NCBI GenBank assembly: GCA_050575255.1
Contig: JBNZDD010013714.1
Span: 8,307,681-8,371,680 of the forward strand
Reading direction: 5' to 3'
DNA length: 64,000 nt
From: Harriotta raleighana
Taxonomy: Eukaryota
The notes beneath the pieces were generated by a model. It saw nothing but the letters and a program-made list of their open reading frames with translations, was not told the DNA's origin and did not search any database. A program made the position numbers and the translations under genes. Numbering within the stretch: position 1 is the first letter of the stretch; every line of letters starts with the position of its first letter. Below are positions 11,851 to 24,744 of the stretch, piece after piece.

Positions 11851-12807
11851 CACATTTTTCGAGCCACTTGATTTGGCCTGCTTCACTGAAATCTCAACTA
11901 ATTATTGCTGCAGATGGCACAGAATTTTTGTTAACCTTTTACCAATAAGTTCTTTCTTTTTCTGTGGTCAGCGGCCAACACAATATTTAGAAACTAGCAT
12001 GGCCATCTTTAGGAGAAGCTTTTTGTAGTATACGGCATTGAAATTTACATACAGAATTTTTAAAATTGCCTTCATCAAAATATCTCTATACGAAGAATCT
12101 TTAGACTGAAACTCCTGTGTACAGTTGATTGGATCTAGGTTCCTTAAAAAGCTTGACATGTGATAGAAGTCGTGTTTAACCTGCTAATGCACTGATCCAG
12201 AAAAACAGATATCAAGACATGCTCATCTGATAAGAGATTCTGTCATGTGAATCACACAATGTGGCATGCATGCCTGGATGCCACTAAGCCCTTTGCTGGT
12301 GCCTGAAGTAAAACTGAGGTAAAGCAAGTCAATGTTGGTGTCAAGCAGAGTGTGACTCCTGGCAATGCTGGACTCGAGTTCCCTTCAGTTTATGTTGAAC
12401 TGTATTCATGACTCAGTTGCTGAACTGAAAGTTGCCCTGGAACAGAACACATTATTCTGGTAGAAAGGGAAAGGCAGTTCTGCCAAAACATTCTTCAGAT
12501 TAAAGACTCCAGGGCAGATATTCCTCATGCTGCTCATTGCTAGTGACCACATCATGATACTTAAAGTGACATAGAAAATCAGATGTTTGCATGACCCAGC
12601 TCAGCCCCAAATATTCCTGCTCTACTTTTACATTCCCAGTGTGAACCTCGTGTTCAAAAAATTGGTGGTTTATTACATGTGTAATCTTTTCTTAATGACC
12701 ACAGGGAAATAGGCAACAATTCTACAGTTCAGAAGACACTTGGACTAGGGACTATTTAACTCCAGGTTAGATCTGGTTTACGTTGTTCTTCAGTCTTGGT
12801 TCTATCG

Positions 12808-13330
12808 AGACAGTGGAGCAAGAGGTCAGGGCTGCAAAGGGCAATTTCAGAACAGAGACTAAGAAGCATTTCTCTACGCAGAGGGTAAACAATTTCTAGA
12901 ATATGTTACCAAGATCGGTGGTTGAGATCAGAGCAGTATTTATAATAATAATCCTTGCATTTGATGTAACTCTTTTCACATCTTCTAGACATCTCAAAGC
13001 GCTTCACAGAATATACTGTAAAGTGAATTGACTGTACATTTGTGGACAAAATGCAGCAGGCAATTGTGCACAGCAGTGTCCCACAAACAGTCGTAGATTG
13101 AAATGACCAATTTATTATTGTTTGTTGTTTTTCAGGGATTATTATCAGGCGAGTGGAGTAAGGAAACTTGCCCAAGGTTTCGCCCTGCCTGGAAGTGAAC
13201 CCAGGTCTCTTACTTCTAAGGCGAGTGCTCTAACCACTGAGCTACAGGACTCCTTGAAGCTGGGTATTCCACATGGGATGAGTAGAAGAGATGTCCAGGT
13301 TTGCGCTGGCTGCATTTTTAATCTGGAAGC
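12808..13330 (+). mobile_element. Degenerate CR1 C-terminal fragment split by a SINE
   Basis: aagggcaatttcagaacagagactaagaagcatttctctacgcagagggta reads KGNFRTETKKHFSTQRV (compare RNFFTQRV); weak continuation after 13253. Confidence 0.55.
12942..13252 (-). mobile_element. Full-length tRNA-derived SINE, same family as 21618-21913
   Basis: Reverse complement begins gagtcctgtagctcagtggttagagcactcgcc (A box) ... gggttcacttcc (B box), then accttgggcaagtttcc, a Deu-like body and a (TTA)n tail. Confidence 0.9.
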
Positions 13331-16300
13331 TGGATGTAGAAAGCTAAAAAAGAGAGAAAGAGAGTTTAATAGTAAAAAAGATTAGCATATATGGAGAATA
13401 CTGGTTAATATAAAAGAGAAAGTGAAAACTCCACACTTGTGTGTATTATAACCCCAATTCCTCCCATCTACCAGAAAATCTCCAATGACATATATGAGAA
13501 CTTGCCAAAAAGTTATATTAAACCTGATTTTAATGGCTCCGCATATGCTTAGTGAATTGGGGCCTGCACAAGCTACGTATGGCTAGGTAATAGTTTAATG
13601 TACTTTAGTGAATCTCAGTAAATACTGGCATTGCCTTTAGTTTATTTTAAATTCATCCAAACTGTCTTATTCCATAAGTCAATTTATGATAGTGTTAACT
13701 CTAAGGAATTAGTATTGAGTGGTACTCACAGTACAGAGCCAACAGTCAAACTCACCTGGACCTGACTGGTTCAAATTTCATGTAAAATGCCAGATTTCTC
13801 TGTTCCTTAAGATATCCAAATCTGAACTGACAAACAACTTGTACATCAGCCAACGTTTCCTGGTTTGATTGACTTTGACGCCAATTTTAGTGGTGTGCAT
13901 CTGGGTCCGTGCTCAGTAAGTTAGGGTCAATGTGGTTCAAGGCAAACTGAACTGAAAAATCCAATCTGATGCTCTTTTACTCGCCTCTGAATGGTTCGAC
14001 ATTTCAAGTGAAGCTATAGCTTCATCCACACGGCATACTAAAACCAGGAGAATTTTAAATTGCGCAATGTGCATAACAGTACCAAAGCTCATTAAAATCC
14101 TTTAAAGCATTTACTTCTTTACAAACTTCACAATATAGTAGGCTGCTAATTTCAGTTGTCAAATTAATCCAGTTTGTGATTATTTCAATATGCAGTACAT
14201 CTGCCTTTCCAGTGGTCATGGATTTTTAATGCTTATTACGAACAATGCAGATCAGCAAAAAAAGGTACTACTGTATCTTGTCCTAAAAGTGCACATTTCG
14301 TCCACTTTCTTTTTTTTCATTCTACAGTCATCAAAGTGATTAAAAGCATGATTTAATCAATCAATCATAGATTACACAATTCAGAGATCTTGAAGGTTTC
14401 CTGCGCCATTGCCTCCTCTAATGGGGAAATTTGAAAGTTCTCTGGCTATGGACCAATGGTTACAGGCCAATCGCCTGTACATAATCGCTCTTAGCTGGAG
14501 AATTCTAACATTTCTGACTGTTTAAGTAAAAGCAATATCTGGGGAATTCATGACCTCCCAATCTCCTGCTGACATCACTAAGCATTCATTACCTACAAAA
14601 CATAATCTGTCAAATCTGAATATGAATGAGTGACCCGTGGTCTGCTTTCTGATCCAATGGGGTATTTGTGTTACTGCTGGAACAGCTGAGATCGAGGAGT
14701 TCCCAAAGGTATTTGATACTTTTATGCACACAAGATGTACTGTCTGGCTAGTGCACATTTCATTATGAGCAAAAATATTTTGTAGATGAACAAAACATAA
14801 TTTCACCAGCAACCAATAATAGTTAATGATTAATCAATAAGGAATCATCCCCCCCAAATGATCAATTGGTTCTCATTGGGGAAAAACAAAATAATGTCTT
14901 AAATTAAATGTGCAAGTGTTACAACTCTCTTTCTATAAATTGCTCTTTTGATATTATGAACCCTCAGACTCATGGAAGAATGCATTTTGTGTACTGTTCT
15001 GAAACTCTTTCTTAGTTTTCACAATGGGAGTGGTAACTCTGGTGGAGATTTTCCAGAATCTAATCTAGAATCTAAACAGGTTTGTTCAGCTTCAGTTTCA
15101 AATGGCAGTGATTGGAATTCACAAGAACTACGGAAATGTAATCTCTACAACTTTCAGGACGGTTTCGCCAAAGTACACTTACTGTTATCATACCCTCACT
15201 TTAAAATATAGTTTACCCGAAACCATATATGGATGTCTGAGTATTTGACCGAGTAGCCTGAATGTCACCTAGGAACTGTGCTACTTTCGCAAGGACATCT
15301 GTTCAAGCTTCACTGAGCAAATGGCATCAGAAATATAACCGTCAAAAAACCTTAGCACTCCCTGGCAAAACTGATCAGTTAGCGTCAAATTATTTATGCA
15401 CTTAACCCTAGCATATATTTGTAATACAAGTTAAATAGAAAGCATATGCAAATTGACCAGCTCTACAACATGTTGCAAATTTGACAAATTATTTTACACT
15501 TTTCACTTTACCTCGAGAACATTTGAATTATGTCTCAAGCAAATTCAATCTCAAAGTCCCAGCTCCCGAGGTAGAGTACGCAATATTTAGACAGATTTCT
15601 ACATGACATTATAAGAGTGTTCACATTACATCCCATAAACAGTGCATTACCACAGATTCAGTAATGGTTTGTCTCTGGAACTGTACAACGGATCACGCAA
15701 TGGGTGCACTTACATTCTCAATTGTGACAGACTTTTGAACTGAACTCCATCACTCACTCCAGCATTTTGTTCTTATTGGTCATAATTATTTAGTCTTTTG
15801 TATAAATCTCCATAACTTGAAAATCACTGTCGTTATAAACACAAGAAAATCCCTATTCGCTACCACTCCACAACCTATAGGGCAGCCAAGCGCCTTCCGC
15901 AATAACCTAACCAGTTGCTGCAGCATTGTGTTACTCTGCAATAACAACCTCCAATGTATTGTTTATTACAAACAATGCAGTTTATTACAGCAATATTCCC
16001 CTATGCTGAGTTCTTCTATAGTGAAGTAATTTTTTCAAAATAAACTTGCAAATCCAGTTAATGTGTGATATAAACAAGATACAAACCAGGACATGGTAAT
16101 TTACAGAAAAATAAACCACCAAGTGAGTTAGGCCTGCATAGTTTGCTCGTGATTTATGCAGCTGATGTCACTCAGCGGTCTGTTTCTTTTGCAAAATACT
16201 AACTCCTGTCTTGTATCTTCTAACTAACAGAGAACTGCAGTAATTCAATCATCAATTCTATCAGCTTCTACAAAACATATCAGGCTTATTATTTTCAGCT

Positions 16301-18279
16301 CATATGCATGCATCCAGTGCAGCAATTCTTTGCTTGATCTGCTTCTCTAAGGTGTTTCCAGTTTGCTGGCTTCCCGAAGGTATAGGCCATAATTAGTGGC
16401 TCTTTGCACACCAGGTAAGATCTCTGTGGAATGCCAAATCAGCTGAGCATGTGGTTGCTGAATACCTAGATATGCTTGCTTGGAGCAAAGGCTTGGCCTT
16501 TGATAAAATGGAGCAAAGTTGATGTGAGACCCAAACTAGAGCTGTTTCTTCCCTTGCTGCTATTAAAAGGAAAATTCAGGTCTGCACCATTGGTAATTCA
16601 GCCAACATGATTCCTATTGTGCTACATTTAGTCTACTTTAAGTGGTAATCTACTCCCACCAATGCCGCTGGTACAGGGAGAATTAGAACCCAATGGTGAC
16701 TCCTATCGCCAAGTGAACACAACTTGAAGCTCAGTCAGTGACCTGACCCGAATTACCAGTGAAAACAAAATCCCAATGTTCGCTGTGTTTCATGCTTCAA
16801 AGATTGTATCTGTAAAGTGTTGGTTGCTTTCAATCTTGTCTTGTTTTTAATACCAAGGTTTTTTTTAATCTGTATGAATAAATCACTGACAACATTCATA
16901 CTACAATTTCTTATATTTCCCAGTCGTCAGTATTTTACAATGTTATGATTACCAATCCCTACTGGAGGTTGTCTGAAAATTACATGGTACAGTGCACTCC
17001 TGTTAAGTGTATAACTGATTTTCCACAATTGTTTTATACATGTATCATGAGTTTGCATTTAAGAAGAACTGATATAAAGTACCCTGTAGGACAAAAAATA
17101 ATTTATTAGAAAACATGCTGTTTTCTATTTACAATAATCTGAATAATACGGCAGTTTTGGATTACTTAAAAAGCTTAAACTGTGACATTTCCACTAGCAG
17201 CTGTCTAAGGGATAGCAATTGTGTCGACTGTAAGAAACCGGTAGGAAGTATTATTGTATTATAAGTATTATTGTTTGATTTCTAAATTTAACCAACATTA
17301 TAGAAGGGCAGTGGTTACATTGGTGTGTGTTATGTTCTTCAGATAATATGTTAAATTGAAATAATGTCTGAATATTCTGCTGGTTTAGGTGAATATTAAT
17401 GTGGTTACCTTTCAGACTCAGTATACAACTATCTCAAAGAAAATATCCATGCAAATGAATGGGAAGCGGACATGTGAATGTGAATATCTACACACACACA
17501 AATGGAGCTTACTGTCTTCATTCTCCTGTTTTGGTAGTCTCAATAATACCCTTGTAGATTTGAACACATCAGTATGTCTGTCTCATGTTGGAATAGGGAA
17601 CAGAGATTTAAAGCATGACACATGAGAATGTTTATTGCGACTGTTAGTCAGACATCGATGCAGCAACTGAGCTAGAACAGTTCTAGCAGTACAGGCTTTT
17701 ATCATACATTAACGCCCACACCAATTTTTGGGGGGGATGTTGGGGGGCTTTATGAATTCAATAATCTATCTGCTAATGTCCAATAGATTGCTCATATTGG
17801 TCAAGATTTGAACCACATTTAAAAGGGATGGGTAGTCTGGAGCACATTTTTCTGGTTGAAGTCCAGTACTCTAGGGAAAGAAGAAACAGAATGGTTAGAA
17901 AACATATCCCTGTATCACGGACTCCTAGAGTTTCTTTGTTACCTGAGATCAGGTGCCATTTCTAGGTTATTATACTAGTTTCCATTGATGGAGAGAAATT
18001 GTGTGCGCCTTGGTAAGGCTCCATCATTTTATAAGGCAAATTACAAGGGGATTGTACCTGGAACTGCCAAACATCATGGGAATAACAACACCAGCAACAA
18101 CAAAATTGCAATTGTACAACAACAACAACTTGTCTGTCTATATTCCTAGTACCTGAACAAAATAGTGCAGTATCCACTCTTTTTATTCCATTATTCCCAA
18201 TCAGGGTGAACAGTGTTACAATGCCCTGAGATCCTTTTGTAGATTCTTGCTTTCAGCCACTACACCACAAAACTTTGCA

Positions 18280-18447
18280 ATTCCCTCCCTCAACCATTTT
18301 GTCTCGCTCCCTCCTTTCCCATCACGCCTGAAGACCTTTCTCTTCAAATGCACCTCCCCCCACCCCTGGAGCAGCCTTGGGCTCTGCCACTGTGAAGCAC
18401 TCTGAGAGACCACCCAGCATATATAAATGCAAGTTGTTGTTGTTATT
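18280..18447 (+). mobile_element. L2 3' fragment (tail type B)
   Basis: ctgaagacctttctcttc...tgtgaagcactctgagagaccacccagc-atatataaatgcaagttgttgttgtt, with an internal deletion in the stem. Confidence 0.75.
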
Positions 18448-19907
18448 GCTTTTCCTGGTAGAATACATGTGCACATGTATTATCTCTGCATCGTGGGGTG
18501 AAATGACTATTTCTCAGCAATTTGCTTCAAGGATCCTTTGGTATAATATGGATGGTCTGACACTGCATGTTATAGGTAGCCCAACAAAACAGTTCCATAC
18601 CTACATCACCAAAGCGAGATTTTCATTCCCTTTCAGGAATGGCGTCTGCTTCCTCTGACATTATCATACCTTTCTTGAGAGAGATTTTGCACGCTTAAAC
18701 AAAGCATTTGTGATTCTCACAAGGAATTAGCGCACAGATATGTACAATTTACATAGTGCATTAATCGGACAATACGACTAGCTGCAGATCAATTTGTATT
18801 CTCCGTAACTGTAAGATTAGTGCTGTGCTGCATTGGTTGCATTTTACATGCAAAGTTACACTTAGGTGCTTAACCATTACATCTAATCTTTGGATGGATA
18901 CTTCAGCAACACTAACTTACATTTATATAGTTCCATTCACATGGAGTAGTGTCCCGGAGCACTTCAATACTTGTACAGCCTGCGCATGGTCTATGTTGTT
19001 TATTGATGTAATGATTACCTGTATCATATCAACTTTTGACAGGGGAGAAATGTCACAGCAATTCCACACCTTTTGCTGATCTGAATTATAATCAAGGTTA
19101 GAAATAGGCAGCCAGTGTTCCTTTTGACTGAAGGAAACAGTTAAGAGCCCCAAAAGAAATGGTAGAAAATTGTTCAATCCAGCAACCTCAAGTCTAATGA
19201 GAAATCCCAAGGTGAATGTGTGTTTGAAAAGAAAAGTAGCCCCGGTGATGCTAGGGATATTTTATCTGAAATCAAAATCATATCTGTTATGGTAGAGCAA
19301 TACTAAAAGGACGAGTGTCCTGCCCAGTGCCGCTTAACTGATCTTTGTTTGTATTGTCATCAAAAATAAATTCTGAAAACAATCTCCCCATTTCTGCAGC
19401 TGTCTATTCCATACGCAACATAAATATAAAGTGTGTAACCTGTTAGCCTGTAAACATCAGAGGCCAAGTACAGTACCAGCTCAAGTTACGTGTTAGAATA
19501 GCAGATAGATATTTGTTTGAAGACTTTAGGTAACATTGTTCTCTTTGTCTTGTACTGACGTGCTCACCTGCAGGCCAACACCTGTATATTCATTCTTCTG
19601 CACGTTGAGGTGCCAACAACATTACACAGCAGATATTGCTCCTACCCTCCCACCGATCTCAGATATAAATGAAGCGAAGGAGCCAACAATTTGAAGGGTT
19701 TTTACAAAACAAATTCATAATATTTACTAGGGCATCAATTGCATGTAAGGCTGATTATCAGCAAGAATTTCTTACATCCTCATTGATATCACTAATTTAT
19801 CTGCCTTATCGCTGTGTATTATGGCTGATAAGCCCTTGGATGGATGGGCTGATACCCTTGTCAGAACCACCCTAATAATCCCTTCGGGTGCTGTTACCTT
19901 TTGATCC

Positions 19908-20546
19908 AACAACAACAACTTCGATTTATGTAGCACCCTCCACGCCGGACGGCGTCTCAGAACGCTTCACAATAGTAGATCCTGGGACCGAGCCAGGGGC
20001 AGGGGTAGAAAGGTGACCAAAGGCGCGGTCGAAGAGAAAGGTCTTCAGCTGGGACCTGAAACTGGAAAAAGAGGGGGCGAGGCAGAGAGAGTGAGGGAAA
20101 GAATTCTAGAGCCTCGGGGCATAGTGGCTGAAGGCACGGCCACCGAGGGTGGAGCAGAGGATTCGAGGGCCACGGCGGAGGCCAGACCCTGTGGAGCGAA
20201 GGCAACGGGTGCTAGTTTGAGGAGAGAGGAGGTCAGAGAGGTAGGGGGGTGCAGAGGAGTGGAGGGATTTGAAGATGAGGGTGAGGATCTTGAAATCAAT
20301 CCTCTCTGGGATAGGGAGCCAGTGAAGTCTGGCAAGGACTGGGGTAATGGGGGGGCGAAGTTTGGTGCGGGTGAGAACGCGAGCGACAGAGTTCTGGATA
20401 AGCTGGACTCTGTGGTTTGTGGAGGAGGGGAGACCGGAGAGGAGGGCATTGCAATAGTTCAGCCGAGAGGTGACAAAGGCGTGGACCAGGGTTTCAGCGG
20501 TTTTTGGGGTGAGGTATTGGCGGCCATGTTTTTCTGTGTGGAGTAG
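19908..20546 (-). mobile_element. L2-clade LINE, ORF2 C-terminus and 3' UTR (tail type B)
   Basis: The minus strand encodes L2-like pieces (ETLVHAFVTSRLNYCNALL, LQWLPIPERIDFKIL-like, RAFSHYAPRL). Tail gacgccgtccggcgtggagggtgc...(TTG)n. GC/CpG-rich, so relatively young. Confidence 0.9.
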
Positions 20547-20649
20547 CGTCGATATTTAGTACAACTGAAACATTTTTTTACATGTTTCACATAGTAAGTC
20601 ATTTAACTACACTAAGTCTCTAATCCTGCGGGGGGAAAATATAAATATT

Positions 20650-20830
20650 ACAACAACAATAAAATTATACTTGTATAGCAGCGCCTTTCACATCAAGAGT
20701 ACAACCCAAGGCGCTGGACAGTTACTGTGACAGACCCGAGACTTGAAGGAGGCCAGAGAGAGAGTGAGGTGGAGGGACTGTGGCATGGAGTTCCAGAGGT
20801 TGGGGCAGAGTGGCTAAAGGCTCGCCTTTA
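20650..20830 (-). mobile_element. Degenerate L2 3' fragment (type A)
   Basis: acaacaacaat...gcgcctttcacatc...cccaaggcgctg...cttgaaggaggcc. Confidence 0.65.
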
Positions 20831-20974
20831 ACAAATTGAAGTGCTCAACAGAAGCTGTAAACAACTCTCAAGGCAGAGCCAGACTGATTCGGTTTATATA
20901 GTCGGATAAGATTAGTTCATTGGCATTGTAAGCTACTGCCATCGTTGTTGTAATTGTCCATATTTTGCAATAAA

Positions 20975-21124
20975 CGTGTGTAGCTGCTGCATGCAATTGG
21001 CTGCCACGTTTCACCCACAAAATATGCAGTCAATCCAATTTACACTACATTCTGTGAAGTGAGTTGAGACGTTCTCAAAGACCTGCTAAGGCAAGATACA
21101 AAACACAAGGACTATTATTATTAT
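20975..21124 (+). mobile_element. 5'-truncated SINE (Deu-like body, TTA tail)
   Basis: gcaattggctgccacgtttcacccacaaaatatgcagtc...gagacgttctcaaagacctgctaaggc...caaggactattattatta. Confidence 0.75.
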
Positions 21125-21617
21125 ATTTTGTATTTGTGCAATGTTAGCAAAAGGTCAACAGGGGGATTCAACATTAGTACAGCTGAAGTGTATTAGCCGC
21201 TGAGGCTTCAAAGGATCAATCAGCTGAAGCCTCACTCCCTTTAGCAATATTAGCTGATAGTAGCTGGTCTGATGCTAATTTGCTGCCCTAATATACTCAG
21301 TATGCATGCGTGTCTAGCAGCACTAAGACTCATCTGTGCCAGAATATTGCATTTGAAGTTTATCTACTGAACAAAATTACACAAATAACAATGTTTAGGG
21401 CAAAAGCAAGTTTAAAATCAATCAAAATCTAAGCACTCGCTGCCAACTTTCAGCAGCTAAATTGCTGTTTTCATCAGACCAGATGCAATGGAAGGCATCT
21501 AGATTGTTTCCATTGTTTAAAACACACTAACTAATCAAATTCAAAGCATTTACAGACATTTCTGTTTGATGTAGCATGACAAAATATCATGGCAAAATAT
21601 CTGTGTTTCACACAATG

Positions 21618-21913
21618 AGTCCTGTAGCTCCGTGGTTAGAGCACTCACCTCACAAGTGAGGGATCTGGGTTCGATTCCCAGCAGGGTGAAACCTTGGGCA
21701 AGTTTCCTTACTCTAAACGCCTAATAATAATGCCTCAAAAAAAATGGTCACGTGAATCCACGACTGTTTGTTGGACACTGCTGTGTGCAAATGACTGCCG
21801 TGTTTCATCCACAAATATACAGTAAATTCACTTTGCAGTATATTCTGTGGCGCGCTTTGAGATTCCTAGAAAATGTGAAAAGCACTATAAAAATGCAAGG
21901 ATTATTATTATTA
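21618..21913 (+). mobile_element. Full-length tRNA-derived SINE with CORE-like and Deu-like segments and an L2-type tail
   Basis: A box tagctccgtggttagagca, B box ggttcgattcc, accttgggcaagttt, ctgtttgttggacactgctgtgtgcaaatgactgcc, tail atgcaaggattattattatta. Confidence 0.92.
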
Positions 21914-24744
21914 CCTTCGTATGTAAGGCGCTTGGAGACATCCTCCTAACCTGAAGGTTACTATATAAATGTAAATTGTTGTTGTTGCTGAGGTGACCTT
22001 TGTTAAGTAAATTAAATTGAGTTAATCTATGCCAGCAATGAGAATTTTATTGATTTGGATGAATTTATTTGAGGGAGGAATGTTGCCCTGAACGAGAGAA
22101 CAATCCTGTAAGTACAGCCAGTACAATATATTAGCTCTTGAGGTACAGCTATCAGAAGAGCCAAAGAACATCCATGTAGCAACCTGGCACTCTATCAACG
22201 AAGCAACAAAGTTATGCAGTTCACAAATTACAAGAAATTAGTTTGTGAGATTTTGGGGGATGCTAAAAAAGCCCCTGAATTCACCATTAGAGCTCTGGTG
22301 CTTTTAAAATGAAAACTGCTAAAATTAGAGTTTTCATGTTCTTGGAAAGAATTTTGTAGGGTAACGGTTTGACTTTGTTCTGTTGCCTTTATTTTCTGCA
22401 CGCAATAGAAAATGATAAGTTTCAACACAAAGCTGCATGGGCAAGAAATTGTGCCAACCCAGTGATGCCAAACTTTGATCCTAGTACTCAAATATATTTA
22501 CAGCCGTCTTTGGGCTTGACACTAAAGCTTGTGTACTTTAATTCTTATCAGTACAGCTGAAAAGACCCCTTTGATGACTTTGTACTGCTGATGATAAGTC
22601 ATTTCAGCTGCATTTTAGGTAAATTACCACAAACTAACCCCAATCCCAAACTATAACAGTGGAATTTAGTATTAGCCATAAATTACAAATGTGTGATTGT
22701 AAAACCTAATTCTGTATCGTGCATGGGGCCATTTTAATATTAGCTAACGTAATTATGTGACTTCTGTAGCATGTCAGCAGTGAAGCTGCCAATTTGAATT
22801 GGTGCAATGAGAAGAATCTGTTCCACTGCCTAGTCAGAGGCTCATCACTACATTGCATTATTGCATTCAAATCTTGAATAACCCAGTAGAAAATGGTTCA
22901 AGCTATTTCAAGTATTTCACTAACATTAGAGGCAGGACTCCTTTTGGAGGAGAAAGGATGAGCACAGTCTCATTAATACCATCACAGACAGTTTGTAAGA
23001 GCTAAATATGTATAAAATATCTCTTCTGGTGCAAGTAATGGCGAAGTGCCCAGAATCTGTTTACATCTCTCCTTCTTCAAAGTATTTGAACATATTTTTC
23101 TGGTGGCCTGCAGTAAAGCTACAAATGCACCATTTCTGTGCGTAAAAATACAGTTTAGTCCCAGTGCAAATGATATAAGATCAGTTCTGTATTATTTTGT
23201 ATACACACTTTGTACAGCTGACATCAGAAACTGTGACCTTTTCCCCATTGTAATGCATTTTAAAGCATCAAGATAGCAGCCAACATCTGGTAGCCACAAA
23301 GCAATATATTGGTTGATATTTATCATGTTGTGACTGAAGATCACAGTAGGCGCCCTTCACAAAGTGAATACCAATAACATTGTGTGTTCTTTACACAAAG
23401 CTAGCACATTGCAGCTATTGTTCATAATATGTAAGACATTGAAAGGCAACATATCATACCATCTCTAGCAGTTTAATATGTCTGCTATAGAGTCACTGTT
23501 AGGTACCAATGACATACTCCTTTCTCTATTCTTCAGCTGAAAACTGACCTCCTTCGCCAGGAAATATAACTAATAATATTTCTGAGCATTGCTAACATGA
23601 CTTGATTGGTGTTCACGCCACTGTGTTTGAAGTTCATTTGCAATTTTTAATAGTTCCATCTTAACAATTATGCTTTGATTGCTCGCATTGACAGAGGGGT
23701 TTCAGTAAAGCTGAGTGGAAGAGCTCAATCAACATTGTGCCATCGAGAGTCAATACAGCATTGACGTTTGAGTAACAACATCCACATATTTCTGGTTAAG
23801 CAACAAAACAAAGATGCTAGGGATTAAACCAGGGTGGACTATCTGAGCTGCACAATGATAGACTATGCTTTCAATTGACATTTTCATTAGTGTTAAATTT
23901 ATGTTCAATTTTCTGTCTTTGATTCTGGCAAAGTCAAGGAAATCAAGATTCCCTTTCTAACCAGGATGGCAAACAGACAGAAAATATAAATAGAACTTCC
24001 TTTCAAATGAACCCAAAGGTGAAGCTTACATATGGTTTGTGTAAAATAATATGTACAATATATCTAAGATAAAAATGTACCATTTTCCAAGATTTGCCTT
24101 GGGACATCCTCCCAACATGAAAGGCACTATATAAATATAATTTTGTTGTTGTTTTTTATAGATTGAATGATTGAACACTGGTTATAGTAAGCATTGTTTT
24201 TATTATTAATTATTACAAATTTTTAGCAATTGTTAAATTGAAATTTAATTAGAAGTGAAATGTATATAACTATTAAAAGAATCACTGCAATTTTACACAC
24301 AGAACAGAATGTAGTCATGATTGGTTTGACTCTCAAATAGAATTATTGTATCTTCCCAAACATCTATAAGAAACAATGATCTTAATGGTAATAAAAAGGA
24401 CTACCTTCAAGTAGAAAGATAATAAATTGTTTCAAATGTTTCTTCAGAGCATGGGATCTTTCATCGCTACCTTTAGCGAACCCTTCAAAAGTAAACTCCC
24501 AGTAAGCACCTGTTCGAGGATAGTATTTGTTAACAAATATTTAAAAGATCAGTTGCAAATTGAGAGGAAGAGAGAATCCATGGGACACTGTGTGGCTAGA
24601 GCTCTGTGTGGGTGGAGGGAAAGGGAATGGAATAAAATACTTGGCCTATTCCGTGGTTTGAATATTGAAGATGTGGAGACAAATAACATCTGAAGCTTTT
24701 GCTTGATTGCTTTTGGGATTTTGGGGTTATCTACATTGGTGTAT

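Noticed and set aside
16988-17232. Possible Tigger-like MITE (TA-CAGTGCACTCC ... GTGTCGACTG-TA)
   Set aside because: The inverted match is only ~6 bp perfect; too weak without copy-number data.
20013-20546. 177-aa G/E-rich ORF, the longest in the window
   Set aside because: Antisense reading of a GC-rich L2 ORF2 fragment, not a gene.
21618-21690. tRNA gene
   Set aside because: A/B boxes are present, but it runs directly into SINE body and tail, and a second diverged copy exists at 13180-13252; it is a SINE head.
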